From assembly GCA_024280415.1 (NCBI GenBank), contig JAJRQE010000088.1, forward strand, positions 1 to 60,168: a DNA stretch of 60,168 nucleotides. The letters run 5' to 3'. The translations under genes and the position numbers were made by a program. The stretch is from Spirochaetota bacterium (GTDB lineage: Bacteria > Spirochaetota > Spirochaetia > B11-G9). The notes under the pieces are model-generated. The model was not told where the DNA came from. It did not search any database and saw only the letters and a program-made list of their open reading frames with translations. This document shows, piece after piece, positions 19,411 to 27,982 of the stretch (the first letter of the stretch is position 1; each line of letters opens with the position of its first letter).

Positions 19411-20775
19411 ATGCTTCTGACAATATTTATCGGAATTATAGGACTGGATATAGTAGTCCTTGTACATGAAATAGGACATCTTCTCGTAGCTAAGCTTATG
19501 GGGATAAGTGTGGAAGCGTTTTCTGTGGGTATGGGAAAGAAACTTTTCTCCCTCAGATACGGTGAGACAGAATACCGTTTAAGCTTGTTTCCAATAGGCG
19601 GTTACTGTAAAATGAAGGGAGAAGAGCAGTTTACCAGAGCAATCCGTGAAAAATCCAACTCAATTTCCCATGAGGATGGATCAATTTTCTCAGCTTCTCC
19701 ATTAAGACGAATAGCGACTTATCTTGCAGGTCCTTTGTTTAATATTCTATTTGCAATTATTGTACTCTCGATAATCTGGTTTACAGGTTTTACCATCAAC
19801 ACCTACAGTAACAGGATTGTGCTGCTTTCGGACTATCCGGAAATATTTCTTTCAGAGGATAATCCGGCAGATATCGCAGGATTACATACTGGAGATAAAA
19901 TAGTACAAATAAATTATGCAGAAATTAGCAATTATTCAGATTTACAGGAAATTATCTACGCCTCCCCGGGAAAAAAATTATCAATTGAGGTTGAAAGAGA
20001 TTCAAGGAACATTGTCCTTGAGATAACTCCGAGACTGAACAACGAAACAGGAGCTGGTCAGATCGGTGTCTCACCTTGGATTGATCCTCTAATTGAAAGA
20101 GTTGAACCAGGATCGTCTGCATTTATTGGTGGATTAGAAGAGGGAGATTACATAATTTCTGCAAATGGAATCCCTGTAGAGAATTATCTGGATATCTTCA
20201 GGATATTGAGTTCCAAACCGGAATATTTGAAACTGTCAGTTTTGAGAGGAAAAATTATAAATGAACGAACCCTGGTTCCGGTCTACAACGATGATGGTAA
20301 TGTGGATCTGGGATTGGTTTTTAGAAGTATTACTGTAACATCTGAAAATCTGAATATTCCAGAAGCAGTAGCTAAGGGTACAATGGAAACAGTTAATACA
20401 TTTATTATGACTGCCAAGAGCATCTACCTGCTGTTCAGGGGGGTGGATGTAAAAAAAGCTGTGTCAGGACCTATAAGAATAAGTTATTATGTTGGTGAAA
20501 TTGCATCAAGCAGTTTCAGGGAAGGTATTAAAAGAGGGTTCACCACTATTTTCCGTTTTTTAAGTATAATCAGCATTGCCCTGGGTTTTGCCAACCTCCT
20601 CCCAATCCCTATTTTTGACGGAGGACTTATACTTTTTACATCCATAGAACTGATTCGACGCAAACCTCTTCGCCCAGGTATATTTTACAGATACCAGAGT
20701 ATTGGATTTTTTATTATTATTATAATATTCTTTTTTACAACTTACAGTGATATATCATTTCTGTTTTCAAAATAA
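19411..20775 (+). CDS. rseP: RIP metalloprotease RseP (M50 site-2 protease with PDZ domains)
   Basis: HEIGHLLVAKLMG (HExxH) in TM1, PDZ-like central region, and C-terminal NLLPIPIFDGG. Confidence 0.9.
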   Translation: MLLTIFIGIIGLDIVVLVHEIGHLLVAKLMGISVEAFSVGMGKKLFSLRYGETEYRLSLFPIGGYCKMKGEEQFTRAIREKSNSISHEDGSIFSASPLRRIATYLAGPLFNILFAIIVLSIIWFTGFTINTYSNRIVLLSDYPEIFLSEDNPADIAGLHTGDKIVQINYAEISNYSDLQEIIYASPGKKLSIEVERDSRNIVLEITPRLNNETGAGQIGVSPWIDPLIERVEPGSSAFIGGLEEGDYIISANGIPVENYLDIFRILSSKPEYLKLSVLRGKIINERTLVPVYNDDGNVDLGLVFRSITVTSENLNIPEAVAKGTMETVNTFIMTAKSIYLLFRGVDVKKAVSGPIRISYYVGEIASSSFREGIKRGFTTIFRFLSIISIALGFANLLPIPIFDGGLILFTSIELIRRKPLRPGIFYRYQSIGFFIIIIIFFFTTYSDISFLFSK

Positions 20776-20786
20776 TCAGGGAGAAA

Positions 20787-21383
20787 TTGAACATGAAAAC
20801 AATTAACTGTTTCTGCGGCGCCTCATTTGAAGAAGATATAAAGGATAAAATTGATACAGATAAGGATCCTATACAGATTTCAAGAATTCTTGACGGTAGT
20901 TTTATGAGTTTTACATGTCCTAAATGCGGTAAAACTCTTCGCCCTGAATTCCCTCTTATACTGTATGGAAACAATATCGATCTCGAATTTATACCAGAAA
21001 TTGACCGAAACCGGTTTTTAACGGGTAGGAAAAAAACCACTTCAATGCAGGTTGTCATCGGAATGGGGGAATTGAAGGAAAAATTTCTTATTAGGAAATA
21101 CAATTATGATGACAGGATAATTGAACTTATAAAACTCTACCTTCTGAAAAAAGCAGATAATGATCTTGATATTACAATTATGTTTTCCGGAAAAGAATCT
21201 TCAAGAATTATTTTCCATATTTATGGTCTGAAAGAGGGAGAAATGGGTATTTCAAAATTACCTGAATCTATATATAATAATATTGAAAATAATCTGGAGG
21301 ATAAATTAAAGGATCCTGGTATAGCAGAATTCCTTTCCCTTCCCTACAGATCGGTAAATACAATCAGCACAGAGGTACTTTAA
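20787..21383 (+). CDS. zinc-ribbon protein, CpXC-like
   Basis: N-terminal CFCG...x35...CPKCG forms a four-Cys pattern like the CpXC domain. The rest is unknown. The family call is tentative. Confidence 0.55.
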   Translation: MNMKTINCFCGASFEEDIKDKIDTDKDPIQISRILDGSFMSFTCPKCGKTLRPEFPLILYGNNIDLEFIPEIDRNRFLTGRKKTTSMQVVIGMGELKEKFLIRKYNYDDRIIELIKLYLLKKADNDLDITIMFSGKESSRIIFHIYGLKEGEMGISKLPESIYNNIENNLEDKLKDPGIAEFLSLPYRSVNTISTEVL

Positions 21384-21384
21384 G

Positions 21385-23376
21385 TTGCACAGAGTCAGAC
21401 TACTATCAGTATTTTTTTTACTCCTGCTTAGTTTCCAGGTGACAGGCGAAAACAATTTCATAATTAACAGCGGTCACAGTAATCCTGTACAAACATTTTC
21501 CCGGAATGGTAAAATTCTCTTTTCCAGCGATAATACCGGAACACTCATGATCTGGGATACAGACGATGGGTCTCTTGTTAATAAAATACAGGTTTCACAT
21601 ATGATGATAAAAGAGCTGGCTGTTAATTCAGAGGGAACCCGTATAGCGATTGTTGAAACAGATACAATATCCTCGTTTCATCTTAGTGTCTGGGATATTA
21701 AAGAGAATAAAAGGATCTTCTCCCATAAAATGGATGAACTTCCACTATTCATTAAATATTCTCCCTCTAACAATTACATAACATACAGTAAAACTGATTG
21801 GAACGGTTTAAGATTTATAGATGCTGAAAAAGGGTTTGAAGTGCCCTTTATAACCGAGGATTATGGTATTGTATCTTCAATATATATAACACCGTCAGAA
21901 AAAACGCTGCTGTTTTACTCTCCTTCAGGATCCATACAGTATTGGAATCTTTCCACCGGCAAAATTAAAACTGCTCCCATACGTACCCGCAAAGATCTCT
22001 CCTCTATAACAATTACACAAAACGGTGCATTTATGACTGCTTCTGACAGCAACAATCTTTACCTCATAGATTTACAGACCGGTAATACTCTATCTACAGT
22101 GAAAATATCAGAAATCATTGATTCCACTATCAAAAATGACAGCAAGGAATTGCTTGTTCTTTATAAGGCTGATAATAATTATATGCTCGGAATCTGGTCA
22201 ATTGAAACCTCCCGGGGAAGAGGAATTCTCAACGAAGAAAGGTCGTTTAAAATTCCCTATGATATCCTCCCTTCAGCTGGGTTTACCCTGGTGAACCGGA
22301 AAATTTTTCTTTCGGGTACAAATGGTGATATCATTACCCTGAGTCTGGATAGTGGGAGAGCTTCTATTTTTTCTGATAATATTATGGCATCTATTTCTGA
22401 TCTTCACATCCTGGGAAATGAGATGCTTCTGGCTACAGACAGTACTATTATATCACTAAAATCACAGTTGTTTAATAATGGGAAACTACCTGAACAGCCA
22501 TACGATATCAGATTGAAAACATATTCCAATCCCTTCCTGGAAAATACAGGAATTACTGCTAATCGCACAAATTTTTTTATCTACCCTATGGAAGAAAGCA
22601 GAGGTCAACTTCAAATATTGGAATACGGATCCTTTAGAGTTTTTTCAGACACATTTACGTCACCCATTATTTCTGCTGAATTCTCTAATAATAGGTTTAT
22701 AACACTTGAGAAAGATGGAACATTCCAGGATATTAATGCAACAAGTGGCGAAAGTAACTTTTCATTTACCTCCTATGGTATAAATTCAGTAGAAGCTGTT
22801 TATGGTGATAACCTTATTGCAGGGAGAAACCGATCAGCATTTCTTAATTCTCCTCTTCTCCATATAAATAAGACAACCGAGGAAATTGTACCGATTGAGG
22901 AAAGCAATATCCTTATATTCAAGATGGATTATGATCCTGTTACTCGAACCCTATACACCCTGGGCTTTGAACAACGTAGTACCGGGCTAATGACTGTGCT
23001 TAAATCCCATACAGGCCGAGGGTGGGAGCTTACAGATACAATTTTAACATATCCGGGCGAGGATCAGGCTGGTAGTTTTGTAGTAGATTCCAACAAGTCA
23101 AGAATTTATCTTGCAATCGGAAACAGCGGTATGGTTATGTACGGTTGGAATGGATTCACAGAGATGGAATCCTCAGGACACATATCTGAACGTTTATACA
23201 TTCACAACGATCTCCTGGTTTCACTAAACACAGATAATTCAATTTCGATATGGAATACCAATACCGGTAATAATATTCTTGACTTCTATCTGCTTAAAAC
23301 CGAAAAATGGATAGCCGTACCAAAAGGGGGAGAAGCCATCCTGTCCGATCCCTCATTAAGAGGACTGATTAATTAA
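21385..23376 (+). CDS. secreted beta-propeller (WD40/PQQ-like repeat) protein
   Basis: TTG start 1 nt after the upstream stop. Signal peptide LLSVFFLLLLSFQVTG. Repeated strand motifs such as SSDNTGTLMIWD, SGSIQYWNL and DNSISIWNT. Confidence 0.65.
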   Translation: MHRVRLLSVFFLLLLSFQVTGENNFIINSGHSNPVQTFSRNGKILFSSDNTGTLMIWDTDDGSLVNKIQVSHMMIKELAVNSEGTRIAIVETDTISSFHLSVWDIKENKRIFSHKMDELPLFIKYSPSNNYITYSKTDWNGLRFIDAEKGFEVPFITEDYGIVSSIYITPSEKTLLFYSPSGSIQYWNLSTGKIKTAPIRTRKDLSSITITQNGAFMTASDSNNLYLIDLQTGNTLSTVKISEIIDSTIKNDSKELLVLYKADNNYMLGIWSIETSRGRGILNEERSFKIPYDILPSAGFTLVNRKIFLSGTNGDIITLSLDSGRASIFSDNIMASISDLHILGNEMLLATDSTIISLKSQLFNNGKLPEQPYDIRLKTYSNPFLENTGITANRTNFFIYPMEESRGQLQILEYGSFRVFSDTFTSPIISAEFSNNRFITLEKDGTFQDINATSGESNFSFTSYGINSVEAVYGDNLIAGRNRSAFLNSPLLHINKTTEEIVPIEESNILIFKMDYDPVTRTLYTLGFEQRSTGLMTVLKSHTGRGWELTDTILTYPGEDQAGSFVVDSNKSRIYLAIGNSGMVMYGWNGFTEMESSGHISERLYIHNDLLVSLNTDNSISIWNTNTGNNILDFYLLKTEKWIAVPKGGEAILSDPSLRGLIN

Positions 23377-23672
23377 TCGTGTGAAGGATTTGAGGCAATT
23401 TTTTCAATTGCTTTTGACACAGCAAGCTCAACTTCTTTCGCATAATCACTGTTATCCAGATTTTGGGCATATACAGTTCCAATAAGTGAAACTCTGTAGT
23501 GGGGTTTCAGGGAGTTTAATGCCAAAGCTGTCATATCAAGGACACAATCTTCACACTTACAAATCTCATCTGCTCTTTCATCCTCAAGCTGATGTTCCAT
23601 TTGTTCCAGAACAATTCTTTCTGTTTCGTTAATTAAATTCTCAAAATTATAACTCTCTTTCAGACTCATCAT
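23373..23672 (-). CDS. ComFB-family protein (late competence development protein ComFB-like)
   Basis: 99 aa with the ComFB hallmark CKCEDCVLDMTALALNSLKPHY. Confidence 0.75.
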   Translation of the reverse strand: MMSLKESYNFENLINETERIVLEQMEHQLEDERADEICKCEDCVLDMTALALNSLKPHYRVSLIGTVYAQNLDNSDYAKEVELAVSKAIEKIASNPSHD

Positions 23673-23749
23673 ATTCTCCTGTGTAAATATACATATTATA
23701 AACTATTAGTGCTATTCAGACTGAAGGTAACTATATAAAATATCATCTT

Positions 23750-25099
23750 CTAACCTGAATCCCTGCTAAAGTTTTCGAATCGTGTATACTTAGGTATAAA
23801 TATTATTGGCACTGTTCCTATGGGTCCATTTCTCTGCTTCGCAATAATAAGTTCAGTTGTTATATTTAAAGGACCTCTTGAACGGTCTTCTGTATCATGG
23901 GTCTCTCTCTCTCTGTGAAGAAACATAACTACATCCGCATCCTGCTCTATGGAGCCCGATTCCCGAAGATCAGCAAGTGTGGGAGGCTTCCCTTCTGACT
24001 GCCTTCCTACCTGAGAGAGACAAACAATGGGAACTTCCATCTCACGCGCAAGAGATTTTAATGATCTGGAGATCTCAGCTACCTGTTCATGCCTGGGTAC
24101 GTTACTCTTGCTCTCGGGTTCAATAAGACCGATGTAGTCAACAAAAATTATTTTTACTCCTTCTTTACTCAGCATTCTTCTGGCCTGAGCACGAAGATCG
24201 AGAAGTTTCATATTCGGTGAATCATCAATATAGAGAGGTGCTTCATAAATTCTTCCGGCAGCTTCAGTTAAATTATGAAAATCACTGGGCTTCAGCATCC
24301 CTGATCTTAATTTTTCTGAATTTATCCTGGATTCACTGGCTATTAAACGATTCATCAATGCCATCTCAGACATTTCCAGAGTAAAAAACCCAACTGGTAT
24401 TTTATTTTTAACTGACATATTTGCTGCCATCGTCAGGGCAAGTGCTGTTTTCCCAACTGACGGCCTTGCACCTATTACAATGAATTCAGAGTTTTGAAAA
24501 CCGCTGGTCATATTATCCAGCTCAGTAAACCCTGTGGGGACTCCAGTATAACTTTCCTTACGGTGGTACAACTGTTCGATTGCTGAGATAGCTTCAGGAA
24601 CTATATCTCTGGCGACCCTGTACTGCCCCTTTTGCTGACCATCAGTAACTGCAAAGATTTTCTTCTCGGCTTCTTCAATTACGGCTCTTCCATTAAGAGA
24701 CTCATCATGTGCACTCGCAACCATTTCTCCTGCAATTTTTAAAAGCAGTCGCCGGATACTGCCTTCCTGGACAATCCTTGCATAGTATTCAACATTGGCA
24801 CTTGTGGGGACAACAGAAGTAAGGGTGGAGACATAGGCGCTGCCTCCTGAACTTTCCAGTACACCTTCAGAACGCAGTTCCTCGGTGAGGGTCAGAAGGT
24901 CGACACCACTCCCAGCTTCGAAAAGGGTAATAATTGCAGTAAATATTTTCTGATGAGCCAACTTATAGAAATCGTCAGCTCTAAGATAACGCAGAACAAC
25001 TGACAAAGATTCAGAATCAAGCAATAGCGCCCCTAATGTTGCCATTTCTGCATCATTATTATGGGGCGGTATCTTATCCTTCAACTCAAGAGGAATCAT
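23750..25099 (-). CDS. dnaB: replicative DNA helicase DnaB
   Basis: PPHNNDAEMATLGALLL N-terminus, Walker A GARPSVGKTALAL, DYIGLI, and LSQVGR-type motifs. Confidence 0.95.
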   Translation of the reverse strand: MIPLELKDKIPPHNNDAEMATLGALLLDSESLSVVLRYLRADDFYKLAHQKIFTAIITLFEAGSGVDLLTLTEELRSEGVLESSGGSAYVSTLTSVVPTSANVEYYARIVQEGSIRRLLLKIAGEMVASAHDESLNGRAVIEEAEKKIFAVTDGQQKGQYRVARDIVPEAISAIEQLYHRKESYTGVPTGFTELDNMTSGFQNSEFIVIGARPSVGKTALALTMAANMSVKNKIPVGFFTLEMSEMALMNRLIASESRINSEKLRSGMLKPSDFHNLTEAAGRIYEAPLYIDDSPNMKLLDLRAQARRMLSKEGVKIIFVDYIGLIEPESKSNVPRHEQVAEISRSLKSLAREMEVPIVCLSQVGRQSEGKPPTLADLRESGSIEQDADVVMFLHRERETHDTEDRSRGPLNITTELIIAKQRNGPIGTVPIIFIPKYTRFENFSRDSG

Positions 25100-25116
25100 C
25101 CTGCAGATTTATCCTT

Positions 25117-25695
25117 TTATACTTCTTCTGTACTTTCCGGTATTTCAGTCTCATTTTCGGGTATGGATTCGTCAGAAGATGCTTCTTCCTTAACGTCATT
25201 TTTTTCAACTTTTTCCACTTGTTCAGCTTTAACAGGTTTGATAATTTCTTTATCACTCTTGATAACAATCTTTAATTCTGCTGATTCCGCACCATAAAGC
25301 TTTACCTTTGCAACAAATTCACCAACACTCTTTATTGTATGCTCAGGAAGTTCAATTTTTTTTCTTTCAACTGCAATACCTGATTTTTTTAATTCCTCAG
25401 CGATATTGGCATTTGTGACAGAACCGAAAAGTTTTCCTGTTTCTCCTGTCGAAACTGTTAATTCGAGTGTAACTGCTTCAATCTGAGCCTTAAGTCCATC
25501 TGATGCCTTCTTTTTCTCTTCTTTTCTTTTTTCAATTGCAGCTTTCCTGCTTTCGAATACAGCTACATTCTGTTTATTAAAAAGAACTGCCAATTTTTTG
25601 GGTACAAGGAAATTTCTGGCATAGCCGTTTGCAACTACACAGATATCTCCCTCCTCTCCGAGATTATACACATCCTGATTAAGAATAATTTTCAT
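25117..25695 (-). CDS. rplI: 50S ribosomal protein L9 with about 45-aa acidic C-terminal extension
   Basis: MKIILNQDVYNLGEEGDICVVANGYARNFL is the canonical bL9 N-terminus. An SD GGAGAG precedes ATG 25695. The track ORF starts 39 nt further upstream at 25734. Confidence 0.9.
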   Translation of the reverse strand: MKIILNQDVYNLGEEGDICVVANGYARNFLVPKKLAVLFNKQNVAVFESRKAAIEKRKEEKKKASDGLKAQIEAVTLELTVSTGETGKLFGSVTNANIAEELKKSGIAVERKKIELPEHTIKSVGEFVAKVKLYGAESAELKIVIKSDKEIIKPVKAEQVEKVEKNDVKEEASSDESIPENETEIPESTEEV

Positions 25696-25762
25696 ATTTC
25701 TCTCCTTCCAGACTAACAATGGATACCGACACAAACTGTCGGCTCATGTTATCGTTATTATC

Positions 25763-25857
25763 AATACAGGTTCCCGCCACTCCGTGGCGCCTGTATTATC
25801 TTTATTGTCAGAATAATACAGGTTCCCGCCACTCCGTGGCGCCTGTATTATCTTTAT
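25763..25857 (-). repeat. two tandem copies of a 43-bp GC-rich hairpin element (period 52 bp)
   Basis: The 43-mer AATACAGGTTCCCGCCACTCCGTGGCGCCTGTATTATCTTTAT occurs identically at 25763-25805 and 25815-25857. Each copy folds as ATACAGG/CCTGTAT plus CGCCAC/GTGGCG with a 4-nt bulge. Confidence 0.85.
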
Positions 25858-26819
25858 CTATACCTTATCCAAAGCTCGGAAACTCCAAGCACAGGAACCC
25901 CTATTAAAAAAACTAAATTAACTCCAGGCAGCAGCAGTATTGCTATACTTAAAACAATTATAAACCGCCTGACGCTTCTGGATACTTTATATTTTCCAAG
26001 CAGATAGCCAATTAAACCTATTCCATGGATCCCATACAGGAATACCATTATAAAAGTACTGTTCCAGACTAAGTAACCAATCCAGCTTAAACCCATAAAC
26101 AGATCAAGTAAAACACCAATAAGTGATATTATAAGGGGCCAAAGCAATATTTCCGGAACCCGGAAATTTACAAGCTTAAATCCTCCTCTCTTATCGATCC
26201 GCCGGAAAAGAGCATCTGAAAAATACCAACTCACCACCAGCATAATAAAATATGCAAAGACATAGTTTCTAAGTATAAGCTTTGCTGTAGTAACAACTAT
26301 TCTGTCCGGCTGCAGTTCTTCCAGTAATACTGCATTGTCGAAAGAATCTGCTGATCCTGCACTCGTAGTGAACATATCTGCAACATATACAATCTGATCC
26401 TGTAATAGTGCCATTATCTCACTATTACCCGAATAATGTATAATAATCGGAACAGTAATAATAAAAAAACCTACTGAAGATACCAAAAACAGAAATATAA
26501 CCTTCCCGGCACCTTTGTAATAGGAGATCAGCAACATACCACCAAGCAGTGAGAGCGGATACAATAGTTCAAGAAGTATTAAAAAACGCCTTAAAGAATC
26601 TCCCTCAATACCCGATCCTCGAAATAATGTCTGAATTATCATTACAATAGCCACAAAAAAGACAGCCATTGTTAAATACTGAAATCCGTATTTCTTCATT
26701 ATCAAATACAAAGGCACAGTAAATAGAAAAAAAACAACACTTATTTGAAAGATCAAAATCGAAGCTGCCGTTAAAGCTGCAAAAATTAACAGATGGCGCT
26801 TCTGAAGCGAAACTTCCAT
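25854..26819 (-). CDS. polytopic membrane protein, YybS-like (DUF2232-like)
   Basis: 321 aa with about 8-9 hydrophobic segments. It sits between rpsR and rplI, where Firmicutes carry yybS. The family call rests on context and topology only. Confidence 0.5.
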   Translation of the reverse strand: MEVSLQKRHLLIFAALTAASILIFQISVVFFLFTVPLYLIMKKYGFQYLTMAVFFVAIVMIIQTLFRGSGIEGDSLRRFLILLELLYPLSLLGGMLLISYYKGAGKVIFLFLVSSVGFFIITVPIIIHYSGNSEIMALLQDQIVYVADMFTTSAGSADSFDNAVLLEELQPDRIVVTTAKLILRNYVFAYFIMLVVSWYFSDALFRRIDKRGGFKLVNFRVPEILLWPLIISLIGVLLDLFMGLSWIGYLVWNSTFIMVFLYGIHGIGLIGYLLGKYKVSRSVRRFIIVLSIAILLLPGVNLVFLIGVPVLGVSELWIRYR

Positions 26820-26827
26820 AGAAAAAC

Positions 26828-27247
26828 CTATTGTTTTACATATGGAAGATAGGCCAGTACACGGGCTCGTTTAATTTCCCTTGACAAGGTCCTCTGGTGC
26901 TTTGCGCATGTCCCTGTAATTCTTCTTGGAAGAATTTTTCCCCTTTCGGTTATGAAACGCCTAAGAGTATCAGCATCCTTATAATTTGCAACTACTTTCT
27001 GTGTACAGAACCTGCAAACCTTTCTTCTAAAGTAAGACTTTCTACCTCCTCCTCTCATAGGAGGTCTTCCTCCGGAAGGTCTTCTATAATTTCCTCCCTC
27101 TCGGGGTTCTCTCTGTTCCCTGGGTTCTCGCTGCTCTCTTGGTTCTCTCTGTTCTCTGGGTTCTTCCCTGGGAACTTCTGTTTTTTCCTGAGGTGCGGCT
27201 GGAACTACAGTCGCTGCAACTTCTTCTTTATTATCAATATCAGACAT
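26828..27247 (-). CDS. rpsR: 30S ribosomal protein S18 with about 65-aa repetitive N-terminal extension
   Basis: The C-terminal part [44 protein letters not shown] is canonical bS18. The N-terminus carries (REPREQ)n. Confidence 0.9.
   Translation of the reverse strand: MSDIDNKEEVAATVVPAAPQEKTEVPREEPREQREPREQREPREQREPREGGNYRRPSGGRPPMRGGGRKSYFRRKVCRFCTQKVVANYKDADTLRRFITERGKILPRRITGTCAKHQRTLSREIKRARVLAYLPYVKQ
27104..27172 (-). repeat. imperfect 18-bp tandem repeat (about 3.8 units) inside rpsR, encoding EPREQR repeats
   Basis: Units are gggttctctctgttccct, gggttctcgctgctctct, tggttctctctgttctct and gggttcttccctggg. Confidence 0.75.
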
Positions 27248-27451
27248 TATACTATCTCCTCTTTATCAAATCACTGTAAACGATCCCGGATAACATCTGT
27301 TCCGGAATTGCTGAATTGTTCCCCGGCACGATATAGCCAGAGTACAACTTTCTGTAGGGCGGTAAGCAGCCCTGATCAGGTATTCCTGTTTTATCTTTCG
27401 TGTCATAATAAACTAGGTACCCTCCGCTTCGCGGAGCCTGATTTATCTTTC

Positions 27452-27964
27452 TTAAAACGGGATGTCATCTTCAAAATTTTCCGGGCTGCTACCGGTTGCA
27501 GGCTGAAAACCTCCAAAAGATCCTCTTCCTGCACCTCCTGTATTCTGGTTACCGTTACCGTTACCGTTACCGTTATCGTTATCGTTACTGTTACTGTTTT
27601 CGGAATTGGAATAACCACCAGAGTTCCCCCCGCTGCCGCCTCCACCAAGAAGCTGAACATTCGATGCTACTACTTCAACCTTACTTCGTTTCTGACCATC
27701 CTGTTCCCATCTGTTCTGTCTGAGTTCTCCACTCACAGCTATCTGTTTTCCCTTCCCAAGATACTGCTGAATTGCTTCACCCTGTTTTCCCCAAAGAACA
27801 ATATCAAAGTAGCTGACCTCATCTGTCCACTGATCACCCGACCTCTTTCTCCGGTTCACAGCAAGACTGAATTTACAAACAGCAAGACCACTGTTTGTAT
27901 ATTTAAGCTCAGCTTCTCTGGTAAGTCTACCTACAAGAGTTACTATATTAATATCATTGGCCAT
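27452..27964 (-). CDS. ssb: single-stranded DNA-binding protein
   Basis: OB-fold N-terminus NIVTLVGRLTREAELKYT, a G/N-rich linker, and the C-terminal acidic tip DDIPF. Confidence 0.95.
   Translation of the reverse strand: MANDINIVTLVGRLTREAELKYTNSGLAVCKFSLAVNRRKRSGDQWTDEVSYFDIVLWGKQGEAIQQYLGKGKQIAVSGELRQNRWEQDGQKRSKVEVVASNVQLLGGGGSGGNSGGYSNSENSNSNDNDNGNGNGNGNQNTGGAGRGSFGGFQPATGSSPENFEDDIPF
27548..27595 (-). repeat. hexanucleotide microsatellite in the ssb linker: (GTTACC)4 (GTTATC)2 (GTTACT)2
   Basis: Eight consecutive 6-bp units encode SNSNDNDNGNGNGNGN on the minus strand. Confidence 0.85.
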
Positions 27965-27982
27965 AGGAATACATCCTCCCTT

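Noticed and set aside
25763-25857. Possibility that the tandem repeat is a mini CRISPR array or a tRNA-derived element
   Set aside because: There are only two copies, separated by a 9-bp spacer, and no cas genes. The GGTTCCCGCC segment does not fit a T-arm consensus and no cloverleaf can be drawn.
27340-27385. GGTAAGCAGCC on the plus strand of the ssb-rpsR spacer resembling the AGCAGCC of SRP (4.5S) RNA helix 8
   Set aside because: The surrounding helix 8 architecture (GNRA tetraloop closed by a short stem, with symmetric and asymmetric loops) is not present. The match is also antisense to the operon.
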